A stretch of DNA of 64,000 nucleotides from positions 133,390-197,389 of the forward strand of contig CBDCLE010000025.1 in NCBI GenBank assembly GCA_965218585.1, in the 5' to 3' direction. Shown here in pieces: positions 9,595 through 19,563 of the stretch. How positions within the stretch are numbered: position 1 is the stretch's first letter; each line of letters opens with the position of its first letter. A program made the position numbers and the translations under genes. The DNA comes from Terriglobia bacterium. GTDB lineage: Bacteria; Acidobacteriota; Terriglobia; 20CM-2-55-15. The notes under the pieces are model-generated. The model saw only the letters and a list, made by a program, of their open reading frames with translations. It was not told the DNA's origin and searched no databases.

Positions 9595-10557
9595 CTAAGC
9601 CAGGACAGTGACAGCGCTGACGTCGATTACGTCTTCAACGGTGCATCCCGCGCCTAACTCATTAGCTGGCGTATCCAGGCCCTGAAGAAGTGGCCCAATG
9701 ACCCGCGACCCCTTGAATGCTTTCTCGAGATTATATTGAAGGTTGCCTGGTTGGGAATCGGCAAACACATACGTGTTCGACCGGCCATCAGCGAGAACCC
9801 GACCGTGCAACTGACGATCCACAGCCAGATGGCTATCCCGGGCCTTGAGCGTGGCAACAGCCTCCTCCACTCGGCCCTCAAGGGTATCGCCCGCACTCTC
9901 GAATCTGTTCGGCCGTTCCAGTGACGCAACCACCGATGGCGCTATGAAGCCCACTCGGGGATGGAACCCGAACAACCTGTGTCCGCATCGGGACGCTTCA
10001 AGCGCGATTTCGGCTAGTTCATGTCCAGCGGGCGTCGCCATATTCAACCCGTCTGCAAACAAAAGCGCCTCGCTCTGCCCTCCCGGCGGTCGTATGACCA
10101 GAAAACAACGGCATGCCGACGACATCCCACTCACATTTAGCGCGAGTGTTCGGCCTAGCCCCTGGCCTTCCCTTCCCGATCCCGGACCGGCTATGAAACC
10201 GTCCGCATCGCCGGCACGAACCATCGCGGCCGCATATTCGATCGGGTCGCCAAGCTTTTCTTCCAACTCCAGGGCCCGAAGGCCCTGAGCACGCAAATCC
10301 TCCAGGAGGATTTCTACATACTTACCTGTAGCGGCTGGGTCCGGCTCCAGGACCTCGATATCCCCTCGCCGAATCCCCTGGCTTCGAAGCTCCCCTTCAA
10401 TCCGCGCCCTGTCCCCGAGGAGGATTGGATGGGCGATCTCCAGCTGCGCGATGGTGCTCGCGGCCTCGAGGACCCTGACATCAGCGGGATTCGGATAGAC
10501 GATCCGCCTGGAAAGGGATCGGGCGCGCTTGTGAATCTCATCGATTGCTGGAAACAT
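9595..10557 (-). CDS. Phosphate acyltransferase (PTA/PTB)-fold protein with degenerate catalytic motif
   Basis: AAAMVRAGDADG, LFAD, ELAEIA, GPLLQGL present; the canonical NDLSRG reads NELGAG. Confidence 0.8.
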   Translation of the reverse strand: MFPAIDEIHKRARSLSRRIVYPNPADVRVLEAASTIAQLEIAHPILLGDRARIEGELRSQGIRRGDIEVLEPDPAATGKYVEILLEDLRAQGLRALELEEKLGDPIEYAAAMVRAGDADGFIAGPGSGREGQGLGRTLALNVSGMSSACRCFLVIRPPGGQSEALLFADGLNMATPAGHELAEIALEASRCGHRLFGFHPRVGFIAPSVVASLERPNRFESAGDTLEGRVEEAVATLKARDSHLAVDRQLHGRVLADGRSNTYVFADSQPGNLQYNLEKAFKGSRVIGPLLQGLDTPANELGAGCTVEDVIDVSAVTVLA

Positions 10558-10598
10558 AGAAGCAGGATATCAGGATCGGCGGTTCAGAGGAGGGACGC

Positions 10599-12014
10599 TT
10601 AGACTGTCGACTTTTCTCTTTTTTTCTTACTCTTGATTCCGTGCCGCTTGATCTTCTGGTTCAGCGTTGACAGCGGTACATTGAAGGTCGCAGCGGCCTT
10701 GGTCTGACTCCAACCGGTACGCTCCAGCCGATCGAGAATGGTTCTCTTCTCGAAAGCATCGACGATATCGAAGAGCGAGCTGTCCTCGTCCAGCCCCAGT
10801 GAAGCAACGGTGGAGAATCGCGATGGTGGCCGGGTGACAGACTGGGGTAGCAGATCCTGGCCAATGACATCGGCATAGGCCAACACGACAGCTCGTTCGA
10901 CAACGTTTTCGAGTTCCCGTACGTTCCCTGGCCATGAGTAGTCCATCAGCACCTTCAGGGCTTCAGCGCTGAATCGATAGGTTGGCTTGTCATTCTCCTG
11001 GCAGTACTTCCTGATGAAAAAATCAATCAGCGACGGTATGTCGTCGCGGCGGTCTCTCAAGGGTGGAACGTCGAGTGCAATGACGTTCAACCGATAGAAA
11101 AGGTCTTCCCTGAACTCTCCAGCATCGACCAGCGACTGGAGATCGGTGTTGGTCGCCGCAATGATTCGAACATCCACTTTGATGGTTTCAGTTCCACCCA
11201 GTCGCATGAATTCTCTTTCCTGAATTACCCGGAGCAATTTGGCCTGTGTCTCCGGTCCGATCGTACCGATCTCATCCAGGAAGATCGTTCCCTGATCAGC
11301 AATCTCAAACAGTCCTTTCTTTGCGGCGATAGCACTCGTGAACGCTCCTTTCAGGTGACCGAACAGAGTACTCTCAAGCAAATCCACTGGCATGCTCCCG
11401 CTGTTGACCGGGACAAACGGTTTTTCTGAACGGGCACTCCTGAGGTGAATGGCCTTGGCAACCAGCTCCTTTCCTGTCCCACTCTCCCCTTGTATTAATA
11501 CGGTGCTCCGGCTCCCCGCCACCTGAGTCACGAGATCTAGAAGCTCGAGCATGCCCTCGCTCTTCCCAACAATATTGCTGTAACCGAATCGTTCCTTAAG
11601 AGCACGCCTGAGTTGCAGGTTCTCGCTATGGAGCTTTCGCTGCTTGATGGCATTGTTAACACTCACCATCAACTTCTCATTGTCCCAGGGCTTGGTCACG
11701 TAATCGTAGGCTCCCGAACGGATCGCCTCGACAGCAGTTTCCACGACAGCCATTGCAGTGATGATGATGACCGGAAGAGTGGGATCAATGTTCTTGAGTT
11801 CCTTTTGCACATCCAGGCCTGAACGGCCCGGCAGCATAAGGTCCAGCAGAACCAGATCGTAGGATTCCGTCTCGATTTGTTTTAGGCAGGTTTCGGCGTC
11901 GGCAACCGCATCGACAACCAATCCCTCGGAACTCATCAGGAGTTCGAGGCTGTCACGGATCTCCTCCTCGTCGTCCACCACCAGGATGCGGGGTTTGGCG
12001 CCTGTCTTAGACAT
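10599..12014 (-). CDS. Sigma54-dependent NtrC-family response regulator
   Basis: Receiver VVDDE/DLMLP, GESGTGKE, GAFTSA, FREDLFYRLNV, WPGNVRELEN, Fis-type HTH. Confidence 0.96.
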   Translation of the reverse strand: MSKTGAKPRILVVDDEEEIRDSLELLMSSEGLVVDAVADAETCLKQIETESYDLVLLDLMLPGRSGLDVQKELKNIDPTLPVIIITAMAVVETAVEAIRSGAYDYVTKPWDNEKLMVSVNNAIKQRKLHSENLQLRRALKERFGYSNIVGKSEGMLELLDLVTQVAGSRSTVLIQGESGTGKELVAKAIHLRSARSEKPFVPVNSGSMPVDLLESTLFGHLKGAFTSAIAAKKGLFEIADQGTIFLDEIGTIGPETQAKLLRVIQEREFMRLGGTETIKVDVRIIAATNTDLQSLVDAGEFREDLFYRLNVIALDVPPLRDRRDDIPSLIDFFIRKYCQENDKPTYRFSAEALKVLMDYSWPGNVRELENVVERAVVLAYADVIGQDLLPQSVTRPPSRFSTVASLGLDEDSSLFDIVDAFEKRTILDRLERTGWSQTKAAATFNVPLSTLNQKIKRHGIKSKKKREKSTV

Positions 12015-14748
12015 TCACGGGCTTTCGGGCAAGTGGCAGCTCTAACCGGAAGGTGGTTCCCTTGCCGGGTTCGCTCTCGACAAAAATATTTCCACCGTGC
12101 TCCTGAACAATGCCGTAGGAAACGGAGAGGCCGAGTCCGGTTCCCTTGCCGGCAGCCTTCGTTGTAAAGAAGGGGTCGTAGATCTTCTTGATGTTTTCGC
12201 CAGTGATGCCGGATCCGGTGTCTTCGATCCAGATGCGCAACTTGGCATCCGCCGTGTCCGTTCGGATACGAAGAGTGCCACCATCAGCCATCGCGTCTTT
12301 TGAATTCAGGAACAGATTCAGGAAAACCTGCTGCATCTTGCCGGCATTACCAAAGGCAAGGGGCACTTCGGCAGAGAATTCACGCTCGACCTCGATGCCG
12401 GCATTTCTTAACTGATGTTCCAACATTGAAACTGTCTCGGCAACAACCTGATGGACATCCAATTCCACGAATTCGGTCGCGTTCGTCCTGGAAAAGCTCA
12501 GGAGGTTGTTTACGATCTCGGAAGCTCTGAACGTCTGCTTGATAATCTTGTCCATGAGCTTGTTTCTTTCGTCTCCGGAGCTGAGTTGCTTCCGGAGCAG
12601 TTGCGAATAGCTGGAAATCACCGCGAGCGGTGTGTTGACTTCGTGTGCAACCCCTGCGGCCAACAGACCCATAGAAGTCAGCTTGTCGTTCTGAACCAAC
12701 TGGTCTTCGAGACGCACTCTTTCGGTGATGTCATCGACGATTATCAGCCGGCCGGTTGTTCGGCCTTCTTTGTCCAGTAGCGGCGTCGCCGAAAAGTTGA
12801 CGACGAGATCACCCCAGCGGTGCTTATAGAGGTTCCGCTCTTCGCGAAGTCGTTCTAGTGATTGTTCCGGAATCACGGTTGAAGCTTCCTTGCCGATGAC
12901 CCCCTTGCGCTCTCTGCCGGTCAGTCCCTCCAGCGCTCGGTTCCAGCCAATGATGCGGCCACCCACCTCAACCATCACGCCCACACTGATCGACTCGATG
13001 ATGTTCTCATTGAAATCTTTGAGCGTTTCGTATTCGGTCGCCTTGTCTTCCAGCGACTGATACAGCGTGGCATTTTCGACTGCGATACCGATGTAATCTG
13101 AAATGCCTTCCAGAAGGTCGATGTCTTCGCTGGTTAGATACTCTCCGTCGTGCGTCCGGCCCATACCCAGGAAAGCAATCACCCGTCCCTTGACCCGGCA
13201 CGGAATGAAGTAACTTAGATCCGACTCCTCTTCGCCTGAAAACACATAGGGCTGGTCGATGTCCTTCGTCAGGGTCGGGTAGACGGTCCCTTCCGGAATA
13301 TCGAGCCCGTGCGCACGGGCCAAAACGAACCGGGAAGGATTGTCCGGGTCCTCCAGAAGGACCGCCATCTTGTCGACCAGTAGCGAGCCGGAAAGACGCT
13401 CGACGATCCGGTCCAGCACCTTGGCGAGGTCCACTTCTGAGCCCAGCTTGCGGCCGAAATCGGTAACGGTCACTCTCAGGTTGTAGCGTTCCTTGTAGAA
13501 GAACTTGTCCAGCCAGACCTGGATGTGGTCCTTTGTCGGCGCAAAGAGAAAAGCGGCAACGATCGTGGCTACAATACTCCCGATTATTCCGAGCTGAGGC
13601 AGACCCCCTCCGAACAGAGCACCCACAACGACGACAACTGTCACATAGAGCCCGACGACCAGTGCCGTGGCAAGCGTGTATGCGGCACCGCGCCGGAAGA
13701 GGATGTCCACGTCCATCAACCGATAACGGTGTATCGCCCACCCAAACGATAACGGGATGAAGATGAGGGACAACAAGGCCACATCGGCGAATTCAGAAGG
13801 CACGAAACCGAGCACGCGCGGCAAGGATTGGAATAGGAAGTAAGGAACGGCCGCCAGCACCGTTCCACGCGTGACCCACTTCAGTTGCTGACGGAGTTCA
13901 GGCTCGTGGACCGTCCGATAGGTGTACATCAATATGCCGGCGCTCAGGACGAAGAACAGTCCGAAATGAAAGTCCTTCAGGCTGTCAAGTAAATCGCGGA
14001 GAACCACTAGCGAGGGGGAGAGCCCTAAGATCCCGCTTACGAACAGGAGCCATGCAGCCATGAGCAGACCAGCGGGCACGTAAATCATCGGCAAGATGAA
14101 CCGGAACTGCTCAGCCAACCGATTCCTGGTCGGGAACTCGAGGCAGAAATGCATGAATAGAGGCGGCAGAAACACTCCCGCCGCCAGGTCCGACCAGTAA
14201 ATCGTCCAGTCGAAGTCGTTGAACTTCCCCGTGTTGTGGAAGACGAAGAAGATAAACGAAACCAGGCACACAAAGTAGAAGTGCGTTGCGTGCGGGGCAC
14301 GCCATCGCTTGGTCACGACGAAAAGCCCGACCAACAGATACAGAACGCCGATGATTTCCAGGTATGTAAACTGACTCTGAAAGCGCTCCGGTCGAGGCGA
14401 AACCACTATGGTCGCTTCAAAGGGCGCCCCGTTCCGTTCCAGATGGTACGTCGCGCGCGCCCACTCTCCGAGATCGTAAAGGACCTGCGTGACATGGCGA
14501 TCGTTCTCGATCTCGACCTCGTCGATCGCGACCAGAACATCGCCGGGTTCTATCCCTCCCCGGCCGCCGGGACCATCCCCCAGCACGAGCGTCGCCTCCA
14601 CCTCGCCAGGACGCGTCTCGATCCAAGAGATTCCGTCGTCAGGTGCTACCCAGCTGCGTTTCTGCTGAACGTTGAGCCCGCCGAGGATGATCATCCCCAG
14701 GCTCAATATGACGGTGGCGATCAGCCGGAATGAAAGGATTCGCGTCAT
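12007..14748 (-). CDS. Multi-TM sensor histidine kinase (PDZ, TM bundle, GAF, PAS, HisKA, HATPase)
   Basis: GIEPGDVLVAID (PDZ-like), AHEVNTPL H-box, QVFLNLFLN, DPFFTTK, GTGLGL. Confidence 0.94.
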   Translation of the reverse strand: MTRILSFRLIATVILSLGMIILGGLNVQQKRSWVAPDDGISWIETRPGEVEATLVLGDGPGGRGGIEPGDVLVAIDEVEIENDRHVTQVLYDLGEWARATYHLERNGAPFEATIVVSPRPERFQSQFTYLEIIGVLYLLVGLFVVTKRWRAPHATHFYFVCLVSFIFFVFHNTGKFNDFDWTIYWSDLAAGVFLPPLFMHFCLEFPTRNRLAEQFRFILPMIYVPAGLLMAAWLLFVSGILGLSPSLVVLRDLLDSLKDFHFGLFFVLSAGILMYTYRTVHEPELRQQLKWVTRGTVLAAVPYFLFQSLPRVLGFVPSEFADVALLSLIFIPLSFGWAIHRYRLMDVDILFRRGAAYTLATALVVGLYVTVVVVVGALFGGGLPQLGIIGSIVATIVAAFLFAPTKDHIQVWLDKFFYKERYNLRVTVTDFGRKLGSEVDLAKVLDRIVERLSGSLLVDKMAVLLEDPDNPSRFVLARAHGLDIPEGTVYPTLTKDIDQPYVFSGEEESDLSYFIPCRVKGRVIAFLGMGRTHDGEYLTSEDIDLLEGISDYIGIAVENATLYQSLEDKATEYETLKDFNENIIESISVGVMVEVGGRIIGWNRALEGLTGRERKGVIGKEASTVIPEQSLERLREERNLYKHRWGDLVVNFSATPLLDKEGRTTGRLIIVDDITERVRLEDQLVQNDKLTSMGLLAAGVAHEVNTPLAVISSYSQLLRKQLSSGDERNKLMDKIIKQTFRASEIVNNLLSFSRTNATEFVELDVHQVVAETVSMLEHQLRNAGIEVEREFSAEVPLAFGNAGKMQQVFLNLFLNSKDAMADGGTLRIRTDTADAKLRIWIEDTGSGITGENIKKIYDPFFTTKAAGKGTGLGLSVSYGIVQEHGGNIFVESEPGKGTTFRLELPLARKPVNV

Positions 14749-14787
14749 GTTGTTCGACTGGACACACGGGTCCGTGCACTAATGTCG

Positions 14788-14804
14788 AGCAATTCGCTCA
14801 CCAA
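14788..14804 (-). promoter_or_regulatory. Candidate sigma54 (-24/-12) promoter for the kinase-regulator operon
   Basis: Minus strand TTGGTGAGCGAATTGCT = GG-N10-GC, about 40 bp upstream of the kinase ATG, next to an AT-rich tract. Confidence 0.5.
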
Positions 14805-14892
14805 AGAAGTATATACGTTTGCAATCACTTAGCACCAAAAATCCCAAATAATACTGTTTTTAGGATTCAGGATACAAAAAACCGTATTTAGG

Positions 14893-16530
14893 TCAGAACT
14901 TGAAGTGAATACCGCCCTTAAGCAATCGCGGATGTCCCGCGTGCATGGTCCGCCGCGAGCCGAACGAGGGCTCGAACAGGTTCCGGGCGTCCACAATCGC
15001 TTGGACTTTGGCAGGAAAGATACTCAGGTTGGGTAAATCTTGCGCAATCGTGACACTCAGGGTGGGGTCATTGTACTCAGCGAACCGTTGGTAAGGGTCG
15101 ATCGGCGCCAGGGAAAATCCCGACGTCCACCGATAAACTGCAGTCACAGCGGTCTGCGTCAGCTCGATATCCGTCTTGACCCGGGCGGTCACAACATGAA
15201 AGTTCCTCTGATTGGCCTGTTCGCGCAGTTCGTCGGGCGAAATAACATTGGGGTCGAACCCGGCCCCGCTGGCATAGGTGTATCCCACTCCGGCTTCGAA
15301 ATCTCTGAACACGCCATCCAGATAGACCCGCAGTCCGGAGGCCGCCGCGTTCGAGCGATCAAAGAACATGATGGCCCGCCGGCCATCATCGGAATCCACC
15401 AGAAAAGCCTGCGTTCCGAGTCGGTCCCGGAAGAGCACAGCAGAAACCTGAAGGCCTTCCGATAAGATCTGGCTGACTCCAAATTCGGCGTGGGCGTAAC
15501 GCTCCAGTTCCGGCGGGATATACACGGCCCGCTCAAAATACTCGCGCCCGCGAATGGGATCTGTCGTATCTTCTGGCGCCTGCCGTGAGAAGGAGCCGTG
15601 AAGCGTCGTTCGGGTCGCAAGTCCCCACGTCACGCCAAACTCTGGCCGGATATAGTGATCTCCCTCGATTCCGTCGGCCCGGCCAATCGAGGTGCCGTAG
15701 TTGAAAAGCAGGTCATCGGACCATTGCAGTTGCTCGTCATACTGCACCTGGATCTCACGCGCTTCAGAATTGCCCCCCCCGTTGAGCAACGCCCCCTGGC
15801 GCACGTTCACCGCCAGTGACGATCTCTGGCGACCTACGGGCGAAAACTCATACGTGGCACCGAAACCGCGCGGCTGATCTGCGGCTTCCGTATACTGCCC
15901 CGCGAAAGTCACCCGGGAATCGAGGGCCAGCGGGACGCTAAACGAAAACTGAGAGCCGACGGAGTCTCTGGCCCCGTCAGAAGTTTCCATGGATGTCGAA
16001 TAAACCTGGACGTATCCTGACGTCCTCATACCGCCGAGCACGTCAGCCACGGCATCTTCCTGGTCGGTCCCCTCGTTTTCTGCGAGACGGAGAACGGGGC
16101 GGGTGGACGGCGAACTCCTGAGCACCCACTTCATGTCTTCCAGGCTTCCGCGCCGTATCCCGCGGCGAACGATATCCATTGCTGTCTGAAGACTGAGCGT
16201 GAGGGCGACGTCGGCGCCGATATCGAGATCTATATCGGAGGCGACGGTCGGCAGGAAGTTGGACTTGGTAACCCGGACAAGATAGCGGCCCGCAACCAGG
16301 TCCGGCACGGAGAAAACTCCGAGATGGTTCGTAAAGACAAACTGGCGGACTGAGGAATCAACCGACGATTGAACAGCCACGAGCGCCCCAATCAGCGGCA
16401 TTCCCGAACTATCCTGGACGCGCCCCTGAATCTTCGCCAGGGTCTGAGCGTTCGCGGTCCTGACCGACAGAGTCCCGCAGACCAGTAAGATCACCAGAAT
16501 TCTGGGCCAGGGCCAGGACGTCTTACGCAT
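14893..16530 (-). CDS. Outer-membrane beta-barrel protein with N-terminal carboxypeptidase-regulatory-like domain
   Basis: Signal peptide, IQGRVQDSSG...GRYLVRV, alternating beta strands, C-terminal GGIHFKF. Confidence 0.75.
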   Translation of the reverse strand: MRKTSWPWPRILVILLVCGTLSVRTANAQTLAKIQGRVQDSSGMPLIGALVAVQSSVDSSVRQFVFTNHLGVFSVPDLVAGRYLVRVTKSNFLPTVASDIDLDIGADVALTLSLQTAMDIVRRGIRRGSLEDMKWVLRSSPSTRPVLRLAENEGTDQEDAVADVLGGMRTSGYVQVYSTSMETSDGARDSVGSQFSFSVPLALDSRVTFAGQYTEAADQPRGFGATYEFSPVGRQRSSLAVNVRQGALLNGGGNSEAREIQVQYDEQLQWSDDLLFNYGTSIGRADGIEGDHYIRPEFGVTWGLATRTTLHGSFSRQAPEDTTDPIRGREYFERAVYIPPELERYAHAEFGVSQILSEGLQVSAVLFRDRLGTQAFLVDSDDGRRAIMFFDRSNAAASGLRVYLDGVFRDFEAGVGYTYASGAGFDPNVISPDELREQANQRNFHVVTARVKTDIELTQTAVTAVYRWTSGFSLAPIDPYQRFAEYNDPTLSVTIAQDLPNLSIFPAKVQAIVDARNLFEPSFGSRRTMHAGHPRLLKGGIHFKF

Positions 16531-16581
16531 GAGGCTTCCTTCGGGAGTCTGGTCCCACCCGTACGGTGGGACCACATCAAC

Positions 16582-18213
16582 TTAACGGCTTGCGAGGAGA
16601 GGCTCTTGAACCTCGAAATCACTGGACTGACTGATGACCTCGCCAGACAGGTTGTCGGTAATGCGCACCTGGATCGAGTACTCGCCAGGCTCAAATTCGC
16701 TCAGCGCAATCATTTTCTGCAAGGTCATCTGCTGTGCAGCCCCCGACAATTCATCGGTCGTCTCAACGATCTTCTGAACTTCCCTGCCGTCTCGGGTGAT
16801 CAGTGTCTCAATCGTGGCAGACGGCTTGAGCTCGTTCTCGTCCAGTTGCAGGTTATAGACCTGGATCCAGTAAAAGAGCTCCTTGTCCCGATAGAACTCC
16901 TGCTTCACGCTCGGGCGCACCCGCAGGCTTCCCAATACGAATGGTGCCGAACCTACCTGCCGTGGCGGCAAGGGTTCGATCAAATCTGCCAGGATCAGGG
17001 AACTCGTTGCCAGCTGTTCGCTGGAAAAGCGCGGGACAGCCAGTCGCTGATTGATAGTTCCCACGTTTTCGCTCTGAACGTCCTTGATGACCAGATCGAT
17101 CTTGTACAGGCCGGGGCTCAACGGAAGTACTTTCTGGTAAATAGAGCTTCTGTCCAGAGAATCGCTGAACAAGGCATCGGGTATGGCCTGATTGATCGTA
17201 TCTTCGAAAGTCTGTACGATCCGCCCATTGATGCCGGTCACCTGGCCGAAAACGTTGAGTGTCGCTTCATGGATTCCCTGCGTCTCCTGAAAAGCAATAT
17301 CCCTGTTTCTGACAAGAACGGTGACCGGAGCCAGAACCGTTTCGTCAGTCACACGGACAAAGTCCGTCCTCAAGTCAAACGGAAGAAGATTGTAGGAGAG
17401 GTTGGTCGTAACTATAGCTTCCAGATCGGTGAACTCGATCTCCGGGGGCAGGAAAGCTCGAGTGAAGAGGTCAAGCCGATCGAACTGGTTGTCACCGCCT
17501 ATGCGCGTGCCCTGGTAGGCACCCGTCCGGCGGTCAAAGATCGATTGGTTCAGTGCGTTAATGTCGTCTGGGTCCTCGCTGCCAGCAAGCATTTGCTCTC
17601 GAAGCGTCAGGCCCGAGTTCGGAACGTTGGAAAGCGCTTCTTTCTCGTAGGGATTCATCGCCAGCCGGAACTCACCGGTCAGGGTCGGGTCGACGAACTC
17701 AAATTCGATGTTGTTGCCGAGCCCTGGAAGGTACCGGTAGTACCACTTCTCGAACGGGTACACGGTGGTCGAGCCACCACCCTCTTCTATGGTCCTCTGG
17801 TAGCGGCCCCCGGAAATCTGCCCCTCCTTGCTCGTCGGCTCACCATGAATGATATAGATTCGGCCCCGGTCGGTCATCCATCCCGGTTTGCCGGAAGAAA
17901 ACCGCTCGTTCGAGTGGGCGATTCTCCGGTAGTGCTCCTCCCGGTATTCGTTCTCGATCGAATCCGGTGTCGGATCGCGTCTCAACCAGAAACTCTCGAT
18001 GAAACTTGCCCGTTCATCGTCCGTGGTCAGCGCTTCAAACGCGTCCTCTTCGTTAGACGTGATAATAAAAGCCACATCCTGATCCAACCACCTGGCCAAC
18101 GCGCGATTCGCACGCTCCAGCCGAGCGCTGTCACTGTCTCGTTGCGCCCAAACTGGTGCCTGGCCGGCAAGGAGAAGAACCGCGATGGCGCCTACGACTA
18201 ACCTACGACTCAT
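16582..18213 (-). CDS. GWxTD domain-containing protein
   Basis: Signal peptide; FWLRRDPTP, EEHYRRI, GWMTDRGRIYI. Confidence 0.92.
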   Translation of the reverse strand: MSRRLVVGAIAVLLLAGQAPVWAQRDSDSARLERANRALARWLDQDVAFIITSNEEDAFEALTTDDERASFIESFWLRRDPTPDSIENEYREEHYRRIAHSNERFSSGKPGWMTDRGRIYIIHGEPTSKEGQISGGRYQRTIEEGGGSTTVYPFEKWYYRYLPGLGNNIEFEFVDPTLTGEFRLAMNPYEKEALSNVPNSGLTLREQMLAGSEDPDDINALNQSIFDRRTGAYQGTRIGGDNQFDRLDLFTRAFLPPEIEFTDLEAIVTTNLSYNLLPFDLRTDFVRVTDETVLAPVTVLVRNRDIAFQETQGIHEATLNVFGQVTGINGRIVQTFEDTINQAIPDALFSDSLDRSSIYQKVLPLSPGLYKIDLVIKDVQSENVGTINQRLAVPRFSSEQLATSSLILADLIEPLPPRQVGSAPFVLGSLRVRPSVKQEFYRDKELFYWIQVYNLQLDENELKPSATIETLITRDGREVQKIVETTDELSGAAQQMTLQKMIALSEFEPGEYSIQVRITDNLSGEVISQSSDFEVQEPLLASR

Positions 18214-18468
18214 AATCCACCTCTGAATGACGAATAATACTTCACGTTTTTTTTGGTTCAATTATCATAGCATTAGCGACCTAACAGTCAAGCAATTCAG
18301 TGGTTTGGTCACATCCCGATTTTCCGTATCTCTCTGGAGACAACTGCCTTCCCGATTTGGTAAAAACAACGTACCGTTAAGAGTAAGGGACGCTCGGAGA
18401 CCTTCGACGTGAGAAACAATCCCAAGCAAACTGTTCGTTCGGCGGGCCACTCCGGCCTCGGGAGAGGC

Positions 18469-18936
18469 ATGTCCCCACCCTCCGAAGACGGGCCCGTCGG
18501 GCTGTTGCTGGGGCTCGCAGCGCTCTGGTTGTCGGCAATTCTGGTCGCTCCGCTCGTCGAGAGCCGAGAAATCTACGCCTTCTTTGCACTAATCTGCCAC
18601 CAGATACCGGGCCGCAGCTGGTTTCTAGGCCCAGAGCCGCTGGCTACCTGTATTCGCTGTACTGCCATCTATGCGGGATTTCTGATTGGGCTGGCGCTTC
18701 GCCTTCCACCGGCAACGTGGTTCCTCAGGACGTCGGTAGCTCTCCTGGCACTCGAACTGGGCGTGGCCTATCTGTGGATCGACCTGGAATTCACACGCGC
18801 TGTCTCCGGCCTCTCGCTGGGTCTCGCCGCGGCGGGTTTCGTTTCCGAGGGCGTTCGAGACCTCCGAGCCAGGTTGAGAGGCGCCGGGAATCTATCCGCC
18901 ATCCACAACGCAAAGGACATCCTTGACCACGTGTAA
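18469..18936 (+). CDS. DUF2085-type membrane protein
   Basis: ICHQIPGRS...CIRCTAIY motif with TM helices. Confidence 0.8.
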   Translation: MSPPSEDGPVGLLLGLAALWLSAILVAPLVESREIYAFFALICHQIPGRSWFLGPEPLATCIRCTAIYAGFLIGLALRLPPATWFLRTSVALLALELGVAYLWIDLEFTRAVSGLSLGLAAAGFVSEGVRDLRARLRGAGNLSAIHNAKDILDHV

Positions 18937-19522
18937 GCAGTGCGGGGCGACCGTACCCGAAGAAGCCCAGTACTGCATGCAATGTGGTACGGCCATCGAG
19001 CCACAGGACCCGTCCCAACCCATGCCGGTTGGCGACTTCATCCAACCCGCCTTCCTTAGCGGCGCCATACTTGGAGCACTTTCCTCCGTTCCAGTTGTGA
19101 GTTTGGGCTGCTGCATCTGGGTCGTGGGTGGCGGTGCGCTCGGGGCGTGGCTGCTCAGAGGGAAGCATCCTCAGGGACCGAACGCGGTGACTTACGGGGA
19201 CGGCGCCTTTGTCGGAGTTCTCAGCGGGGCGTTTGGCGCCGTTGTGGCGACCGCGATCTCTATCCCGATTCGGTTATTGAGCGCCGAAGCCATGCGGAAT
19301 CAGATGGAGGCCGTGGAAGAAATGCTCATCGAAATCGAAGGCCCGTTCCGCGAATTGCTTCTCCGCCTGATGTCTCCGGAGCTGTCGCTGGTGACCATCC
19401 TGGCAACGTTCTTTGTAAACCTGATCATCTTTTCGCTGTTCGCGATGGTGGGAGGGATTCTGCTTCTGGCTATCATGGGCCGCAAATCCGGCGCTCCAGC
19501 TCCGCCGCCGCCTGCCAGCTAA
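18923..19522 (+). CDS. Zinc-ribbon membrane protein
   Basis: CKQCG...YCMQCG followed by about four TM helices. Confidence 0.8.
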   Translation: MTTCKQCGATVPEEAQYCMQCGTAIEPQDPSQPMPVGDFIQPAFLSGAILGALSSVPVVSLGCCIWVVGGGALGAWLLRGKHPQGPNAVTYGDGAFVGVLSGAFGAVVATAISIPIRLLSAEAMRNQMEAVEEMLIEIEGPFRELLLRLMSPELSLVTILATFFVNLIIFSLFAMVGGILLLAIMGRKSGAPAPPPPAS

Positions 19523-19563
19523 ACTGTTGGGAAAAGATTTCGGGCGATAAGAAAGAGCGCGGC

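Noticed and set aside
16606-18201. 531-aa plus-strand ORF
   Set aside because: Antisense shadow of the GWxTD gene with no recognisable motifs; expected from codon bias.
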